Assembly: GCA_035529455.1 (NCBI GenBank)
Contig: DATKWQ010000063.1
Location: 1,274 to 65,273 of the forward strand
Direction: 5' to 3'
Source of the DNA: Thermoplasmata archaeon
GTDB taxonomy: Archaea; Thermoplasmatota; Thermoplasmata; UBA10834
Length of the DNA stretch: 64,000 nucleotides
In this document: piece by piece, positions 9,162 to 16,341 of the stretch
Numbering within the stretch: position 1 is the first letter of the stretch
Layout: each line of letters opens with the position of its first letter
Notes under the pieces: model-generated
The model's database searches: none
Told to the model about the DNA's origin: nothing
Seen by the model: the letters and a program-made list of their open reading frames with translations, nothing else
Program-made: the position numbers and the translations under genes

Positions 9162-10313
9162 ATGCTCCCTCTCAAAATTGCCCTGAGATTCATGAGGTCG
9201 AGCAGAGCGCAGACCATCCTCGTCGTTATCGGTATCTCGATAGGCGTCTCCGTCCAAGTATTCGTGGGGACGCTGATAGGCAGTCTCCAACAGAGCCTCA
9301 TAGAGAGGACGATAGGGAACTCTCCGCAGGTCACCATCACATCGTCTCTCGACGACCCGGTCATCATGGATTCCGACACGATCCTGGCCGTTGTAGAGGA
9401 TGTTGACGGCCTGACTGCACGCAGTGTTTCCGCCGACTCCCCTGCCTTCATAAACGAAGGCGGGCGCACATCATCGGTCCTTGTCAGAGGTTGGGACCTC
9501 GAGGCGGCTGACCAGATATACGGCATTCTCGACAACGTTCAGGTTGGGTCGGCGCCCTCCGACGATGAGGTTCTTGTGGGGATAGGCCTCGCCGAGGAAC
9601 AGGGCATCGGCCCGGGAGACTCTGTGAACCTTTCCGTGGCGAACGGTACTAGGTACGCCTTCACCGTCGCCGGCGTCTTTGATTTGGGCGTATCTTCGAT
9701 CGACGATGGATGGGTCATAACGACCCTCGGGTCTGCGCAGCGGATGTTCTCCCTCGGGGAGGGCGTGACCTCTGTCGAGTTCAAGGTGCAGGACGTGTTC
9801 GCCGCTGACGCGGTCGCCCTGGAGATGTCCGCACTCCTCGAGTCGTACCCCGTCCAGGTCGACAACTGGAAGGATCAGAACGAGCAGCTGCTCAGCGGTC
9901 TCCAGGGACAGACGGTATCGAGCCTCATGATCCAGGTTTTCGTCCTGGCTGCGGTGGTGATAGCCATCGCGAGCGTGCTCGCCATCAAGGTCGTGCAGAA
10001 GTCCAAGCAGATAGGGATACTAAAGGCGATGGGACTGACCGACGGTGCTTCCAGTCGGGTGTTCCTGTACGAGGGTTTGCTCCTGGGTTTGGTGGGGTCC
10101 GTGTTCGGTGTGGTTCTCGGGGTGTCGCTGCTCATTAGTTTCGTGACTTTCGCGACCAACCCAGACGGCTCTCCTCTCATCGATCTGTACCTAGACTACC
10201 CGTTCGTCATAGGCTCTGGCGTCATCGCAGTGCTCGCTGCCGCCCTCGCAGCAGTCATCCCCGCTAGGAAATCCTCGAAGCTGAGCCCGATCGAGGTGAT
10301 ACGCAATGCCTGA
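9162..10313 (+). CDS. ABC transporter permease, MacB/LolCE (FtsX-like) family
   Basis: N-terminal TM, large extracytoplasmic domain, and C-terminal FtsX-type 3-TM bundle (GILKAMGLTDGASSRVFLYEGLLLGLVGSVFGVVLG). Confidence 0.85.
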   Translation: MLPLKIALRFMRSSRAQTILVVIGISIGVSVQVFVGTLIGSLQQSLIERTIGNSPQVTITSSLDDPVIMDSDTILAVVEDVDGLTARSVSADSPAFINEGGRTSSVLVRGWDLEAADQIYGILDNVQVGSAPSDDEVLVGIGLAEEQGIGPGDSVNLSVANGTRYAFTVAGVFDLGVSSIDDGWVITTLGSAQRMFSLGEGVTSVEFKVQDVFAADAVALEMSALLESYPVQVDNWKDQNEQLLSGLQGQTVSSLMIQVFVLAAVVIAIASVLAIKVVQKSKQIGILKAMGLTDGASSRVFLYEGLLLGLVGSVFGVVLGVSLLISFVTFATNPDGSPLIDLYLDYPFVIGSGVIAVLAAALAAVIPARKSSKLSPIEVIRNA

Positions 10314-10995
10314 GGTGGTCGAGCTCAGGAAGGTCGGAAAGGTCTACGTCAACGGGCCTGTGAGCACGCCGGTGCTCTTCGATGTCGACCTCTCCTTCGA
10401 TGAGGGGTCCTTCAACTCGATCATCGGTGCGTCGGGCAGCGGGAAGTCCACGCTCCTGAACATAATGGGAACCCTGGACAGACCCACCTCTGGGGAGGTG
10501 TACGTGACGGGGAGACGCACCGACGTGATGAGGAAGGACGAGATCGCCTCCTTGAGAAACCGCACCATCGGATTCATATTCCAGTTCCACTACCTGCTCC
10601 CGGAGTTCACCGCTCGCGAGAACGTGCTCATGCCCCATTGGATAGGCGGGGAGAGGGAGGTCCAGGCCGCCTCCGCCAAGGCGGATGAGCTCCTCGATGT
10701 CGTGGGCCTTGCAAAGGTGAAGGACAACCTGTCATCCAGGATGTCCGGCGGGCAGCAGCAGAGGACTGCTATAGCGCGCGCGTTGATGAACGACCCGAAG
10801 GTCGTTCTCGCGGACGAGCCGACAGGGAACCTCGATTCCGACAATACCGAGAGCCTCTACAAGATGTTCAGGGACATCAACGAGCGCTTCGGCATGACCT
10901 TCGTGGTGATCACCCACGACCGCAGGATAGCGGAGAAGACGGACCGCATCGTGGGCATCAAGGACGGACGGATAAGCATGGACGTGCGGGTCTGA
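10306..10995 (+). CDS. ABC transporter ATP-binding protein (MacB/LolD-like)
   Basis: Walker A GASGSGKST, signature MSGGQQQR, Walker B VVLADEPTGNLD, H-loop ITHD. Overlaps the permease gene by 8 nt. Confidence 0.9.
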   Translation: MPEVVELRKVGKVYVNGPVSTPVLFDVDLSFDEGSFNSIIGASGSGKSTLLNIMGTLDRPTSGEVYVTGRRTDVMRKDEIASLRNRTIGFIFQFHYLLPEFTARENVLMPHWIGGEREVQAASAKADELLDVVGLAKVKDNLSSRMSGGQQQRTAIARALMNDPKVVLADEPTGNLDSDNTESLYKMFRDINERFGMTFVVITHDRRIAEKTDRIVGIKDGRISMDVRV

Positions 10996-11180
10996 AGCCA
11001 GCCGCAGCAAGACCGAACAGGTTCCAACAACCGCTCCGCGATTCCCCTCCGCCCCTATGGCCTTTTCTCACGCCCTCAGACGCGTTTCTAAGCGGGAGGA
11101 ATGGCCGAAGGGTTCACCTCTGACGCGTCTTGGCAAGGGTGAGATACCTCTGCGAGGGCATTTGGGCGAAAGACTGCCAT

Positions 11181-11396
11181 CTATCCTGTGATCGATACTG
11201 AGTGGTGGAGTATGCAGTCCATTTCGCCCAGTCCATCAGCAAAGCTGTCGAATTGCCATGGCCAATCGAATGGCCAGGATGCAGTTTGCGTCCTGTCAAG
11301 GACGCCCGCAATTAGATTGTAGTCCATTTGGTGGTTGCCTTCAAGGGCGCTCTCCCAGATTTCAACTTCAAACCAGAATGGTGGTGGACCCATCAA
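11181..11396 (-). CDS. hypothetical protein (possibly decayed)
   Basis: 71-aa Trp-rich ORF (FWFEVEIWESALEGNHQMDYN...WPFDWPWQF) lying 75 nt downstream of the small secreted-peptide gene on the same strand. No family recognised. Confidence 0.2.
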   Translation of the reverse strand: MMGPPPFWFEVEIWESALEGNHQMDYNLIAGVLDRTQTASWPFDWPWQFDSFADGLGEMDCILHHSVSITG

Positions 11397-11470
11397 ACAT
11401 CGCAGGTACGACTCTGCGTCACTTCAGTGTTCGGAGAAAGAGGGGAAGGGGTTTCGACGGGTTCTACCTG

Positions 11471-11719
11471 TCACGTGTTAGGGCAGTCCGGGTTAGGATC
11501 AGGGCAGTCTGGGTTGGGGCCAATCTCATTGGGAATTCCGTCACCATTATCGATACCCAGCTGTTCCTGAGCGCTATCACCGCTCATCTCAGCGGCTGCC
11601 ACTACTGAGATGCCGCAGACTCCCACGAACAAGACCGCGACGGCCAAGGCCACGGCTTTCTTCGCTCCGCTGTTCCTTCTTAGTTTCAACTGACCGTTCT
11701 GGTCTCGCTCTATGTGCAT
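11471..11719 (-). CDS. small secreted or membrane-anchored peptide with C-terminal PNPDCP tandem repeat
   Basis: 82 aa. Basic N-terminus, hydrophobic helix AVALAVAVLFVGVCGISVVAAA, then an acidic Gly/Asp-rich region ending ...GPNPDCPDPNPDCPNT. Confidence 0.45.
   Translation of the reverse strand: MHIERDQNGQLKLRRNSGAKKAVALAVAVLFVGVCGISVVAAAEMSGDSAQEQLGIDNGDGIPNEIGPNPDCPDPNPDCPNT
11480..11521. repeat. 2 x 21-bp tandem repeat (encodes PNPDCP on the minus strand)
   Basis: agggcagtccgggttaggatc / agggcagtctgggttggggcc are adjacent imperfect copies. Confidence 0.7.
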
Positions 11720-11774
11720 GAATCAGCTGGAGCACGTATGTAGCGCTTATACTTGCTCCTGCTATTTGCACTAG

Positions 11775-12065
11775 ATATATCAAGAACTTCTCACAACGGT
11801 CACATCGGTAGTAGAGCCGCTGGTCTGCTCCCTGGACAACCCGAATGCCTTCTACAGCTCAGGCCCCTTGAGGAGAGTCAAGAGGCTTGTGCAGGAGAAT
11901 TCTGGCATTGGTTTCGAGCTGAGGACGCTCAGAAGGACATACGGTCAACAGCTGTTGGACCGTGGAGTATCGCTCGAAAGCGTATCCCTCGCTCTCGGGC
12001 ACTCCTCGACCCTCACCACCGAGAGATATTATTGCCGAAAAAAACGCCGACTCTGCGAGGCTTGA
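11775..12065 (+). pseudogene. tyrosine recombinase (phage-type integrase) C-terminal remnant
   Basis: The frame is open for only 97 codons, after a TAG at 11772. It reads ...GIGFELRTLRRTYGQQLLDRGVSLESVSLALGHSSTLTTERYY, the conserved Arg/His/Tyr C-terminal catalytic region. The N-terminal and central domains are absent. Confidence 0.65.
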
Positions 12066-12139
12066 GATACTCCAAGCTTTCGAGATGTCGGTACCGGCTC
12101 CGAGGCTCAATCCCCCCTGATTGAACCGAGTCCTGATTA

Positions 12140-12175
12140 TACTGGCTACGCGTGAGAGCGGGCGCGAAGGGATTC
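12140..12175. repeat. tRNA-proximal att repeat (17 nt of tRNA-Arg 3' end + 19 nt downstream)
   Basis: Identical over 36/36 nt to 8174-8209. Confidence 0.85.
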
Positions 12176-12232
12176 GAACCCTTGACCGCTTGCTTAGGAG
12201 GCAAGTGCCATATCCAGCTAGGCCACGCGCCC
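12159..12232 (-). tRNA. tRNA-Arg (anticodon CCU)
   Basis: The reverse complement folds as a cloverleaf: acceptor GGGCGCG/CGCGCCC, anticodon arm CTTGC-CTCCTAA-GCAAG, T arm AAGGG-TTCGAAT-CCCTT. No encoded CCA. Confidence 0.9.
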
Positions 12233-12334
12233 ATCTCCGCGGATGGTCGAAACGCTAAAACGTCCTCGCGAGATGAATGCGAGGAACTGGTTAAGAGGTT
12301 TGCGTCGGGACGCGCAGTCATCGCTTGATGGCGA

Positions 12335-13219
12335 TTACTTGCGGTCCTCTTCCGAGAGCTCTTCTGGCGCCTTCTCCTCAGTCTTCTCCTCGGTTTTGGC
12401 CTCAGCTGCGGCCTTCGTATCGTCGGCCTCAGGCGTCTTCTCCTCGATCGCGGGTTCTTCTTCCTTCGCCTTCGGCTTCGTGTACTCCTCCACGAAGGAC
12501 ACCGTCTCGGCATCGAGGACATCCCTCAGGTCGGTCACGACCCTGTACTTCGCGAGGAGCCACTTCTGGTCGTACTTGCACGCGTCGGGAAGAGTGATCT
12601 TGTAGTCCTGACCGTGATGATGGACATCGAAACCTTCTGCGGTGCCATAGGACATCTTGAGCAGGAGCTCCGCAATCTCCTTGGGCTTGGCGGGCTTGCT
12701 GATGATCTTGTACTTGTACTTCAGAGTACGGCCCGCGAGCTTGTTGTTGAAGTCTATTCTGACACGGCCCGCGGTCATGGCGACTATCGTCGCCCTGCGG
12801 TTCCTCACAGTGACCTCCATGCCAACCTGGGGCTCGATGTCCTGCTTCAGGAACTCGCGCATCGGGTGCAGCTCGACCAGCTTCGGGTCCCTTGGGCCCG
12901 CACCCTTCTCATGGGGTATGACGACCTCGTACTCCTTGCCGATTTCCGCCTTGAGCATGTGCTCGTCGAGGCCAGGGAACAGACGCCCTTTGCCGACTAT
13001 CAGTGGCTGAGGGCCGTATACAATCTTCTCGTCGAAGATCTCCTTCTCCTTGGCCAATGACTCATCAGTCGTGTCGAAAAGCTCGTCGGTCTCTTCAACC
13101 CAGCCACTGAACTCTGCCAGCACCAGGCTGCCCGCCTCGATCTTCACGTCTGCGTCGCTGTGCGCTTCCTCTTTCTTCTCAGGGTGCTTCTTAGCACCTT
13201 CATTCTCGGTCATGAACAC
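12335..13219 (-). CDS. FKBP-type peptidyl-prolyl cis-trans isomerase, long archaeal form with acidic/Lys-rich tail
   Basis: FKBP core with an inserted flap (...LIVGKGRLFPGLDEHMLKAEIGKEYEVVIPHEKGAGPRDPKLV...). Low-complexity C-terminus AKEEEPAIEEKTPE...EELSEEDRK. Confidence 0.8.
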   Translation of the reverse strand: MFMTENEGAKKHPEKKEEAHSDADVKIEAGSLVLAEFSGWVEETDELFDTTDESLAKEKEIFDEKIVYGPQPLIVGKGRLFPGLDEHMLKAEIGKEYEVVIPHEKGAGPRDPKLVELHPMREFLKQDIEPQVGMEVTVRNRRATIVAMTAGRVRIDFNNKLAGRTLKYKYKIISKPAKPKEIAELLLKMSYGTAEGFDVHHHGQDYKITLPDACKYDQKWLLAKYRVVTDLRDVLDAETVSFVEEYTKPKAKEEEPAIEEKTPEADDTKAAAEAKTEEKTEEKAPEELSEEDRK

Positions 13220-13347
13220 TCACCGCTGGTGCGCGATTTGTGCGGATACATACCCACCACTTAAAGCTTCCGATGCCGCTGGCAGCGTGCCAGATGGGCA
13301 TAGGTTGCGCTCGGTGGCGTGGCCATACGAGAATGGCCAGGTCAAAA

Positions 13348-13355
13348 CCTATATG
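13348..13355 (+). promoter_or_regulatory. TATA-like box upstream of tRNA-Thr
   Basis: The sequence cctatatg lies about 35 nt upstream of the mature tRNA 5' end. Confidence 0.3.
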
Positions 13356-13387
13356 TGCGGTCTCTCATTACTCGGCCAGACCATCAC

Positions 13388-13460
13388 GCCACCGTAGCTC
13401 AGCTGGAAGAGCAGCTGACTTGTAATCAGCAGGTCGGGAGTTCGAATCTCCCCGGTGGCT
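13388..13460 (+). tRNA. tRNA-Thr (anticodon UGU)
   Basis: Acceptor GCCACCG/CGGTGGC, D arm TAGCTCAGCTGGAAGAGCA, anticodon arm GCTGA-CTTGTAA-TCAGC, T arm CGGGA-GTTCGAAT-CTCCC region. No encoded CCA. Confidence 0.9.
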
Positions 13461-13591
13461 CTTCAATAATCTGCCCTTATACATAGCCGCTCTCCAGGAG
13501 TGATAGCGTTCATATGCTCATCTGACAATCCACATCGGGAGGGTCGGGTGGTAAACTGGAGGAACGTAAGGTTGCAGTCATACCTAGGATT

Positions 13592-13807
13592 ATGGTGCAA
13601 GGAGCGATGGGGCCGAAAGAGTACGGCATTCTTCTGACCAGCGAGAGGTCGATATTCGTCCTCGAGAAAGCGTCGAAGGCTGGAATCGGAGCGGTTCTGG
13701 GAACACGGGTGAAGAACCGCGAGAGTGCGCAGGCGCAACCAGGTCCTGCTCCAGCTGATGTGACATTCTTCCAGGGTCAGCAACAGAAACCGCCAGGGAA
13801 TGTCTGA
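13592..13807 (+). CDS. hypothetical small protein, possible gene fragment
   Basis: 71-aa ORF. The segment EYGILLTSERSIFVLEKASK resembles the core strand of bacterial/archaeal PH-like domains, and the rest is low complexity. Weak support. Confidence 0.2.
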   Translation: MVQGAMGPKEYGILLTSERSIFVLEKASKAGIGAVLGTRVKNRESAQAQPGPAPADVTFFQGQQQKPPGNV

Positions 13808-13824
13808 GCAATCGGACGATAGAC

Positions 13825-14646
13825 TCAGAGCAGCAGCACTGGCTTGCTCGGCCTGAGAGGATATCTCTTGCAGTCGTAGCAGTACCACTCGTTGTACTGC
13901 TTGATGAACTTCAACTCAGACTTGCAGGTTGGGCATAGCTTCTTGCTCTCAGAGCAGCCCTTTGGCGCGTAGGCCTTGCACGCGTTGCAGTAGTGCCTCT
14001 CGTACTTCTCGATGAATCTCATCGGGCCGCTGCATTTCGGGCAGACGGTTCCTTTCGACTGCTCCTTCTGCGCAGGCTTCTCCTTCGGCTTGTGCAACGG
14101 GTACTTCTTGCACGCGTGGCAGTACCATTCGCTGTACTTCTCGATGAACTTCATCTCGCCAGAGCACTCAGGGCACTTCTTAGCCGTTTCATTCTCGACC
14201 ACCGGCTTCGGCTCTTCCTTCGGAGCTGGAGCCTCCTCGGGCATCGCCTTGGGCTCAGGCTCTGGTTCCGGCTCGGCCATCTTCGCGACCGGGGCGTACT
14301 TCTTGCAGCTGTAGCAGTAGTATCTCTGATACTTCTCTATCCACTTGAGAGGCTGGTCGCAGTTGGGGCACATGCGGATTTTGACGGTCGGCTCCTTGAC
14401 ATCTACAGGTTCAGGCACTGCCTCGATCGGGGACTCCACCTCGACCTCGGCCTCCTCAACCTTCTCCTCAACGATCTCCTCCACAACCTCTGTGATCTCC
14501 TCCTCGACGACCTCCTCGACAGGGGTCTCGTCAGCCACTGCCTCAGGCTCGTCTACATAGGAGTTGCACTCGTAACAGTACCACTTCTCCATGTGTTCCA
14601 GAAAACTCGGCTCTTCGCCGCACTTCGGACACTTAGATGCTTCCAT
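13825..14646 (-). CDS. protein made of five tandem zinc-ribbon repeats separated by acidic/Pro/Lys linkers
   Basis: Five copies of CPxC-x10-12-[WYH]YCxxC[KN]xY: CPKCGEE..WYCYECNSY, CPNCDQP..YYCYSCKKY, CPECSGE..WYCHACKKY, CPKCSGP..HYCNACKAY, CPTCKSE..WYCYDCKRY. Alternative starts at 14664 and 14685. Confidence 0.7.
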   Translation of the reverse strand: MEASKCPKCGEEPSFLEHMEKWYCYECNSYVDEPEAVADETPVEEVVEEEITEVVEEIVEEKVEEAEVEVESPIEAVPEPVDVKEPTVKIRMCPNCDQPLKWIEKYQRYYCYSCKKYAPVAKMAEPEPEPEPKAMPEEAPAPKEEPKPVVENETAKKCPECSGEMKFIEKYSEWYCHACKKYPLHKPKEKPAQKEQSKGTVCPKCSGPMRFIEKYERHYCNACKAYAPKGCSESKKLCPTCKSELKFIKQYNEWYCYDCKRYPLRPSKPVLLL

Positions 14647-14908
14647 TCCAATCCGCTCCTTCATCTGGCAGGTGTCAGCCTTCATGGGAGTGACCTCCTG
14701 TGGCCTTTCCTGCTCTTCACCTGCAACTACGCCCTCCGAGCGTATATGAACATGTCAATCTGAGAATCAGTCATGATAACGGACTTGGGGCATACTGGCT
14801 GCTGTCGCTTCGCGGTAGCCTACATGCAGCGGAACCCGAAATGGGGAACGAGGGGCGATCGACCTGTCAGCGGGCAACTGGATTGCCTGTCGGGAGGCTG
14901 TAGGCGTT

Positions 14909-15382
14909 ATGAGATCTGCGAGATTGACCAGTGACTGTCACGGGGGCATCGAGGGACTGCCCCTCCAGCTGTTGATCATGGTGGTCGTGGCCGGGCTCGG
15001 GCTGACGATAATAATGGGGTGGATGGCTTCGATATCCGCTCCTCGGTCCATAGGCGAGGTGTATGTCGACCCTGGCGAGATAGTCGTGTTCGACATGGAC
15101 GGTGATGGCATCTACGTCAGGGAAGGCTTCAGCATGACGGTGGTCGTCACTGACCAGAGCGGAGACCGTCTGGAAGGCGCCACCGTGCTCCTCGAAGGGT
15201 CGAATGTGCGAACATTCGACGGAGACCTCGTCAGGGGTGTGACGGATTCGAGGGGATGTGCGTTGTTCACGGACCTGGTGGTTGAGCACTATGGACCGAC
15301 TCTCGCCACGATCACCGTGACAGTCGCCAAGGGGGACTATGGGATAGACTCCTCCTTCGAGATACCCATAATTCCGAGCTGA
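14909..15382 (+). CDS. small exported or membrane-anchored protein with pilin-like N-terminus and Ig/CarboxypepD_reg-like body
   Basis: N-terminus MRSARLTSDCHGGIEGLPLQLLIMVVVAGLGLTIIMGW. Beta-rich body with MTVVVTDQSGDRLEGATVLLEG...VTDSRGCALF. GGGAGG lies 13 nt upstream of the ATG. Confidence 0.6.
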   Translation: MRSARLTSDCHGGIEGLPLQLLIMVVVAGLGLTIIMGWMASISAPRSIGEVYVDPGEIVVFDMDGDGIYVREGFSMTVVVTDQSGDRLEGATVLLEGSNVRTFDGDLVRGVTDSRGCALFTDLVVEHYGPTLATITVTVAKGDYGIDSSFEIPIIPS

Positions 15383-15873
15383 TGCGTTTGGGGTTCGTTC
15401 ACGACACACGTGCCCTGGAGGCCTTGCCCCTGAGGCTGCTGGTCATCGCCATAGCGGCAGGGCTCTCGGTTGTCCCAGCGGCGGAGGCGCTGGAATCGCT
15501 CAGAGACCGCAGTTTCCTCCAGAGATGCGAGGTACAGCTCGACGCAATCATAGGGACCTGTCAGATGATATCGATGGAGGGGTACGGGGCGGTCAGGACG
15601 GTGACTTTGGATTTCAGGTCGGAGGGGCGATTGCGTATGGCGAGCCTCATGATAGGCGACAGTTGGGCGGAGCCAGGCATGACGAGCGTGGTTCTCGAGC
15701 TCACCTCTGGCGGCAAGATGATACGGACAGCCTCGGAACCTGCAGTGTGGATCACATCGGCGGACCACGAAGGGCTTCGCGTCGACAGTGAATCGTTCTC
15801 CCTGCGACTTTCTGTTGGAGGCTCCAGCTCGGTGCCCATGATAGTCTGTGAGGCCGAGACATGGATTTCGTGA
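15382..15873 (+). CDS. small protein with pilin-like N-terminus (paralogous N-terminal motif)
   Basis: N-terminus MRLGFVHDTRALEALPLRLLVIAIAAGLSVV shares the [GA][IL]E[GA]LPLxLL motif with the preceding gene. Its start overlaps the previous stop (cTGATG). Confidence 0.55.
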   Translation: MRLGFVHDTRALEALPLRLLVIAIAAGLSVVPAAEALESLRDRSFLQRCEVQLDAIIGTCQMISMEGYGAVRTVTLDFRSEGRLRMASLMIGDSWAEPGMTSVVLELTSGGKMIRTASEPAVWITSADHEGLRVDSESFSLRLSVGGSSSVPMIVCEAETWIS

Positions 15874-16331
15874 TATCGAAGGTAGGGATGTCCATCTGTG
15901 CCCTCCTGGTGGTGTCCGTCCTGGGACAATCGTTGTACGAGTCGTCCACGACCAGCGAAATGGATGCGCTGGAGGGCATTGTAAGGCTGTTCGACCACTT
16001 CCTGTTCAACTGCGTTCGAGGGGGTGAGGACGTCGATTGCCTTTACCGTGTACCACATCTTCCTGATGGCGCCTTGGTCTGCATGACCTTCCACCCAGGC
16101 GGCGTGATTGCCAGCTCGGAAAACGCACGAGTCTATGCCGAGACATGCTGTCCGTTGAACCTATGGGATTGGAGCGGCGATGAACTGAACCAGACTGTGT
16201 TGGGCGAGATGAACCGTGATTGCGACCCGATAGAGTCCACCTCCGGAGACGGCCTGTTGATACAGGTGCGATGCGTGCCAATCCAGAGCGTCCCATGCAG
16301 GATGGCCTTTGTCAGCCTCGCGGACGATTGA
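15861..16331 (+). CDS. small protein with N-terminal hydrophobic helix, Cys-rich body
   Basis: N-terminus MDFVISKVGMSICALLVVSVLGQSLYE. Overlaps the preceding gene by 13 nt. No family recognised. Confidence 0.5.
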   Translation: MDFVISKVGMSICALLVVSVLGQSLYESSTTSEMDALEGIVRLFDHFLFNCVRGGEDVDCLYRVPHLPDGALVCMTFHPGGVIASSENARVYAETCCPLNLWDWSGDELNQTVLGEMNRDCDPIESTSGDGLLIQVRCVPIQSVPCRMAFVSLADD

Positions 16332-16341
16332 CAATCCGGGC

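Larger units (their letters stand above)
8174..12175. mobile_element. tRNA-Arg-integrated genomic islet (~4.0 kb) with a decayed integrase
   Basis: Perfect 36-bp direct repeats at both ends. One repeat overlaps the 3' end of an intact tRNA-Arg gene. A tyrosine-recombinase C-terminal remnant lies just inside the tRNA-proximal repeat. Confidence 0.65.

Noticed and set aside
11067-11143. Repeated cctc[a/t]gacgcgt elements and a partial inverted repeat downstream of the ABC ATPase gene
   Set aside because: The matching core is essentially the self-complementary hexamer ACGCGT occurring twice. The extended pairing is imperfect with a ~37-nt loop, which is too weak to call a terminator or an att-like site.
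12013-12522. 169-aa extremely Arg-rich ORF (RRRRKKNPRSRRRRLRP...)
   Set aside because: It is an alternative frame of the acidic/Lys-rich tail of the FKBP gene and it runs across the tRNA-Arg gene. This is a compositional artefact.
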